Below, in pieces: positions 41,195 through 45,013 of a stretch of 45,013 nt of DNA; positions within the stretch are counted from its first letter, which is position 1; each line of letters begins with the position of its first letter. This DNA comes from Candidatus Woesearchaeota archaeon (lineage in GTDB: Archaea > Nanobdellota > Nanobdellia > Pacearchaeales > GW2011-AR1). The translations under genes were made by a program, and so were the position numbers. Under the pieces are notes generated by a model. It was not told the DNA's origin. It did no database searches and worked only from the letters and a program-made list of their open reading frames with translations. Location: contig CAYHYK010000001.1 of assembly GCA_964360985.1 (NCBI GenBank), forward strand, positions 1-45,013. The letters run 5' to 3'.

Positions 41195-41665
41195 CTAACT
41201 ATTCAATACATCCCCACTATAATCAAATTCTATCGCCAAATCCATCTTTCTTTCTATAGAATTTGCTCCTCTTTCTATCTTTATCTTAAAATCTTGTATT
41301 TCAAAAGAGTATTTAGTTTCATCCCTACTAAATTCAAATTCTCCTCTTAAAAGTTTGCCATAATAGTTTTCTAAGCCTGCGATTTCATAATTTCTGCGAC
41401 TAAACTCTTTTATAAATTCCTCCTTAAGTTTAGACTCTTCAATAATTCCTCCGCGTTCAATAACTTTTCGGGATATTATTTCTATATCTTTGATAATATA
41501 TTCCTCGTAAAAAGACATTTCATTTAGAATTTCATCTCTTTCTTGACCATTTTCCATAAAACTGTCCTTAAAACTTACAAAGGAAAATAATGCACTAGTC
41601 ACCAAAACAAACGCCACCAAAAACATCATAAAAGTCGGCAAATCTCCCTTCCTGTTCATTTTCAT
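41195..41665 (-). CDS. Pilin-like operon gene 6 (class III signal peptide protein)
   Basis: 'MKMNRKGDLPTFMMFLVAFVLVTSALF'. Its ATG overlaps the upstream stop (ATGA). Confidence 0.55.
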   Translation of the reverse strand: MKMNRKGDLPTFMMFLVAFVLVTSALFSFVSFKDSFMENGQERDEILNEMSFYEEYIIKDIEIISRKVIERGGIIEESKLKEEFIKEFSRRNYEIAGLENYYGKLLRGEFEFSRDETKYSFEIQDFKIKIERGANSIERKMDLAIEFDYSGDVLNS

Positions 41666-42342
41666 TCTAAACACCTTCCATAATAATATTGTAAGTAAAT
41701 TCTTTCTTCCTCATTTATATTCTTAAAAGATATTTCTCTTAGCAATCCTTTCTGTTCATATAATCTTAGCCTCAAAGGATTGTATCCAATATTTCCAGAA
41801 GATATTTCTCCACCTTCAAATTCTATTAAGAAATCATCAATGGCTGCCCCTCCAGTCTGTCCTGCGGAATTTTTCCCTCCCTGTGCAATTGCAATACAAT
41901 GCCCTTCCTTTTTTTCCTCCATGAGTAAATCCCCTAGAGCCATTTCAATTTTCTCCTTTTCAATTTTATTTTCTCTATCCATTATTAAAGCATCAAAAAC
42001 TAAAATTTTCTTTCCTCTTCCATCAATATCCAATTTTATCTCTTTAAGCAGTATATTTTCACTTTCTATAGAAGAAATTTTAGAAGGAATAGTAGGTTTT
42101 GCAAACAAAGTTGTGAAAGAAGTAAGAACCAAAAATAAAGCAATTATAAAAACTATAATTAAAAATACTGGCAAAGTGGATAATGCCTTGGCGATGACTC
42201 CTCGTTTATCTTTAATTATATCTTTCCCTCTCTGAGTATTAATAACTCCTCGTTTATCTTTACTCATGTCTTTCCCTCCTTGAATATCAATAACTCCTCG
42301 TTTATCTCTAATCATTTCCTTTCTTCTCTGAATGTCAATCAT
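41662..42342 (-). CDS. Pilin-like operon gene 5, with a triplicated KRGV signal-peptide repeat
   Basis: Three 16-aa units each end 'DKRGVI'. Only the last is followed by the hydrophobic helix 'LSTLPVFLIIVFIIALFLVL'. ATGA coupling at both ends. Confidence 0.55.
   Translation of the reverse strand: MIDIQRRKEMIRDKRGVIDIQGGKDMSKDKRGVINTQRGKDIIKDKRGVIAKALSTLPVFLIIVFIIALFLVLTSFTTLFAKPTIPSKISSIESENILLKEIKLDIDGRGKKILVFDALIMDRENKIEKEKIEMALGDLLMEEKKEGHCIAIAQGGKNSAGQTGGAAIDDFLIEFEGGEISSGNIGYNPLRLRLYEQKGLLREISFKNINEEERIYLQYYYGRCLE
42190..42333 (-). repeat. In-frame tandem repeat, 3 x 48 nt
   Basis: On the plus strand, 'ACTCCTCGTTTATCT' recurs at 42197, 42245 and 42293 (period 48). It encodes IQRRKEMIRDKRGVID / IQGGKDMSKDKRGVIN / TQRGKDIIKDKRGVIA. 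Confidence 0.8.
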
Positions 42343-42806
42343 GTCCTCTCTCTCCTTGAATACTGGTTGCTCCCAGTAACTACAACATATTTCTTTCCAT
42401 CTTTCTCCATTTCATTTATAGAACATATATGGAAATTAGATTCTTTTCTATCAAGTTTGCACAAATTAAAATTATTTCCTACACTAATGTAATTTTCTCT
42501 GTTAACTAAACAATCTCCATTAAAACCATCACATATCCTTAATAAATTATTTTTAACCAAAACTTCTCTATTCAAATTACATTTTTCAAAAAATTCTGTT
42601 TCACCAAAAAATGTTGTATCTATTTCATTTTCCAAAATACATTTACTTACCTTATAATTCAATAAATTAGCCTCACTTTCTCTATAATCATATCCTCCTC
42701 CGTAAAATATACTTACTCCTAGAACTATTCCCCCACCTACAATAACCATTAAAAAAATAAAATAAATTCCACTTAATTGCTCTCCTACCGCTCCTTTTCT
42801 GTTCAT
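42339..42806 (-). CDS. Pilin-like operon gene 4 (class III signal peptide protein)
   Basis: 'MNRKGAVGEQLSGIYFIFLMVIVGGGIVLGV' with a Cys-rich C-terminal part. ATGA coupling at both ends. Confidence 0.55.
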   Translation of the reverse strand: MNRKGAVGEQLSGIYFIFLMVIVGGGIVLGVSIFYGGGYDYRESEANLLNYKVSKCILENEIDTTFFGETEFFEKCNLNREVLVKNNLLRICDGFNGDCLVNRENYISVGNNFNLCKLDRKESNFHICSINEMEKDGKKYVVVTGSNQYSRRERT

Positions 42807-43240
42807 GCAATACCTCCACTTTTTACAGCATTAAAACATAATGTATTAACAAATTTTTTATCTTTATAAGTTGCCAATTTAAAATCCAGATTTACTATTT
42901 CAACATTATTAAAATAATTTGTACATCTCTTTATTCCTTTGCTGAATTTAACACAAACTTCATTCTTTATATTGTTTATTTCGAATATTTCACTACCAGT
43001 TCCAACTTCATTTTTTTCCGCTATTTCACTTGCCTTATGTACATCCAAACATATGCTATCTCCTTCCTCCATAAAATCAATTACCTTAGCCATTTCATTA
43101 GAATAATAGTTAGCCCATACATCTGCACCTTCTCTTTGTTGATATATGAAATAAAACATCCCAGAAACAAAAATAACTAATAGTATAAAGTAAACCAAAT
43201 AACTTTTCAATAAATCTTCCACTTCAGCTTTTTTATTCAT
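42803..43240 (-). CDS. Pilin-like operon gene 3 (N-terminal TM anchor, no KG motif)
   Basis: 'MNKKAEVEDLLKSYLVYFILLVIFVSGMFYF'. ATG 43240 overlaps the upstream TGA; the track start is TTG. Confidence 0.5.
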   Translation of the reverse strand: MNKKAEVEDLLKSYLVYFILLVIFVSGMFYFIYQQREGADVWANYYSNEMAKVIDFMEEGDSICLDVHKASEIAEKNEVGTGSEIFEINNIKNEVCVKFSKGIKRCTNYFNNVEIVNLDFKLATYKDKKFVNTLCFNAVKSGGIA

Positions 43241-43899
43241 CTTAAACAACTTTTTCTTATTTTCAAAGTGGCAGGATCATCAATTTGAACGTTCATTACA
43301 CTAGCACTTTCTTTTTCCTTATATAATATTAGTTTATAAATAATGTCTTCATCAAACCCAGCGCAGTAAGAAAGGTATCCTGCTCTTTCTCCATCAATTA
43401 ATATATGACTTTCTCCAGAATATTTCGCCTCAATTGTATTTTTTATTACCTCTTCATCTTTAATTACAGTGGATTTTCCTTTCATCTTAGATAAAGTATA
43501 AACTCCTATTTTATCTATATCTATTTCTTTGCAAAAACCTCCCTGCTGACACATGTTTTTAGCATTTCCCTCTCCAAATTTACATATACATAAACAACTT
43601 CCAAAAAAACATTTATCAGGTTTAGTACCCGTATCATCGTCTTTACTCCACGAAGTCAAATACCAGTTCTCAAGTCCCCTTAAATTAAACTCTGCAATTT
43701 TTAGTTCTTCTAGATCACTAACCCTACTAATTAAATCATCTAAAATTTTCCCAGCGTTATCACTTTCTTTTTGATTAATAACACCATACACTTTAGAAAC
43801 CGCAAAAACAAAAATTACTGCTACAACCACAAATATAATTATACCAGGAAATTCCTCCATTAAATTTCCTCTCTTTCCTATTTTCTTTAAATAATTCAT
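43237..43899 (-). CDS. Pilin-like operon gene 2 (class III signal peptide protein)
   Basis: 'MNYLKKIGKRGNLMEEFPGIIIFVVVAVIFVFAV' with a Cys-rich ectodomain. ATG 43899 overlaps the upstream TGA. Confidence 0.55.
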   Translation of the reverse strand: MNYLKKIGKRGNLMEEFPGIIIFVVVAVIFVFAVSKVYGVINQKESDNAGKILDDLISRVSDLEELKIAEFNLRGLENWYLTSWSKDDDTGTKPDKCFFGSCLCICKFGEGNAKNMCQQGGFCKEIDIDKIGVYTLSKMKGKSTVIKDEEVIKNTIEAKYSGESHILIDGERAGYLSYCAGFDEDIIYKLILYKEKESASVMNVQIDDPATLKIRKSCLR

Positions 43900-44954
43900 A
43901 CGTTTCCTAGTATTCCCCCACTGCAAATTCTGTTAATTTCTTCAACCTTATTGTAATCTACTGCTGTTATTATAGAGCATCCTTTTCGGCTGTCTCCTCC
44001 CTCAATTCTGCTTCCAGTAAAATCTCCACAATAAGAAGCAGATATTGCCTTATTTTGTTCTGATTGAATGTAAGCCTTTCCAGCAATTCCTGCAGTAATT
44101 CCTATTTCAGCAAGATAAAGAAAAACAGTGGCCTTTGTTCCAACTCTAGTTGTCCATCCAACTATCTTTCCAAAACCACTTGTAGCACGTTCACCTGCAA
44201 TAATTGCTCCTACCCCTATCAAAGCACTATCAAATGCTTTTCCAAGTGAATCTCCTTCAGTATTAATCTGTGCAAATAATATAGCAATATCATCAGTTCC
44301 GTAATCTTTCGCGTTTTCAGTCTTATCTATTTCATTTTCAAAAGAATCATAAGTACTTACCGCTCCATCAGTAAATATACTCAAATAACTCTCTTTTGAT
44401 TGTGGAGCCTGATTTTCTTCAAGAAAATCATTTATATCCACTTCTTCTATAATCTCTTTAAATCTCATCCCTGACTTAAAATCTTCATCGAAAGCTATCC
44501 TTGAACATATAACACAAACCGGTTCAGCTTTTTCTAAAGGTAATGTATCTCCAAGTAAATCAACTCTTCCCTCTCCCATCATTTTCCAGCATGAAAGCAT
44601 TGAATCCGCAACACTCTTCTCAATTATTTTGGCAGCTTTTTCAGGTTCACCACTTATCCTTAACCTTTCCGCCTCTCCATCAGCAAACTGTTCCTCACAT
44701 TTTCCAAAAACACTATCCGTTACACAAGTTTCACGCGTACTGCATTTCAAAGGAATATTTATTGCCTTCTTGCCGTAATCAGGAGTAATAGCTCTAGATA
44801 GTACACTTAATTGACAAGTCTCATCAACACTAAACTCCTTAAAATCTACTCTCAAAACAAAATAAAGTAGAACTACTAAACTAACAACTGCTATAGTTAT
44901 AACAAATATAAAATAAGAAATTGTCTGCACTCCTTTCTTGCCAATATACCTCAT
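43896..44954 (-). CDS. Pilin-like operon gene 1 (large, Cys-rich, class III signal peptide protein)
   Basis: 'MRYIGKKGVQTISYFIFVITIAVVSLVVLLYF'. Many Cys, plus extra hydrophobic segments near the C-terminus. A TATA-like box (44975..44982) lies about 25 nt upstream of ATG 44954. Confidence 0.55.
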   Translation of the reverse strand: MRYIGKKGVQTISYFIFVITIAVVSLVVLLYFVLRVDFKEFSVDETCQLSVLSRAITPDYGKKAINIPLKCSTRETCVTDSVFGKCEEQFADGEAERLRISGEPEKAAKIIEKSVADSMLSCWKMMGEGRVDLLGDTLPLEKAEPVCVICSRIAFDEDFKSGMRFKEIIEEVDINDFLEENQAPQSKESYLSIFTDGAVSTYDSFENEIDKTENAKDYGTDDIAILFAQINTEGDSLGKAFDSALIGVGAIIAGERATSGFGKIVGWTTRVGTKATVFLYLAEIGITAGIAGKAYIQSEQNKAISASYCGDFTGSRIEGGDSRKGCSIITAVDYNKVEEINRICSGGILGNV

Positions 44955-45013
44955 CAATATAATAATTTACCTCTATTTATAACAATTACTATTAATTGTA
45001 AAGGTTCTTTATT

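Noticed and set aside
1-45013. Looked for CRISPR arrays, rRNA genes, IS transposases and integrases.
   Set aside because: There are no regularly spaced direct repeats with unique spacers. There are no long GC-rich structured-RNA-like stretches other than the two tRNAs. No ORF carries DDE, tyrosine-recombinase (R..H..R..Y) or serine-recombinase motifs recognisable by eye.

Overview
Strongly AT-rich, gene-dense archaeal chromosome segment, probably from a small-genome DPANN-type archaeon (inference from gene content). The backbone is archaeal/eukaryal-type information processing: SRP54, Bud32, ribosomal proteins S3Ae, L44e, S15 and S27e, aIF2-alpha, an unannotated Nop10, aEF-1beta, a RecJ/GAN-like DHH protein, RPA, and RadA carrying a LAGLIDADG intein. 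There are two tRNAs, Gln-UUG and Arg-GCG. Nearly every first-in-unit gene has a TATA-like box centred about 25-26 nt upstream of its start codon, which implies leaderless mRNAs and helped refine many starts. Accessory content includes VapBC and a HicA (in-frame stop)/HicB pair. A roughly 5 kb island begins at the 3' end of tRNA-Arg. It carries a cyclodipeptide-synthase-like orphan, MNT-HEPN, a C5-methyltransferase/restriction enzyme pair, DUF2200 and MazEF. Its first modules are separated by four copies of a dif/lox-like palindrome, two of them fused to copies of the tRNA 3' end. No recombinase, CRISPR array, rRNA or IS transposase is visible. The most unusual items are four. (1) A stand-alone 388-aa protein with ordered T7-RNAP/family-A polymerase motifs sits between RPA and RadA. 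(2) A six-gene ATGA-coupled operon plus a separate pilin gene encode class-III-signal-peptide (type IV pilin-like) proteins, with a prepilin peptidase nearby but no assembly ATPase; one member has a triplicated 48-nt signal-peptide repeat. (3) A eukaryote-type OGFOD1/Tpa1-like prolyl hydroxylase is split into two genes. (4) An approximately 85-nt two-hairpin repeat family shows compensatory base changes. All functional calls rest on motif reading by eye and need profile or structure searches.
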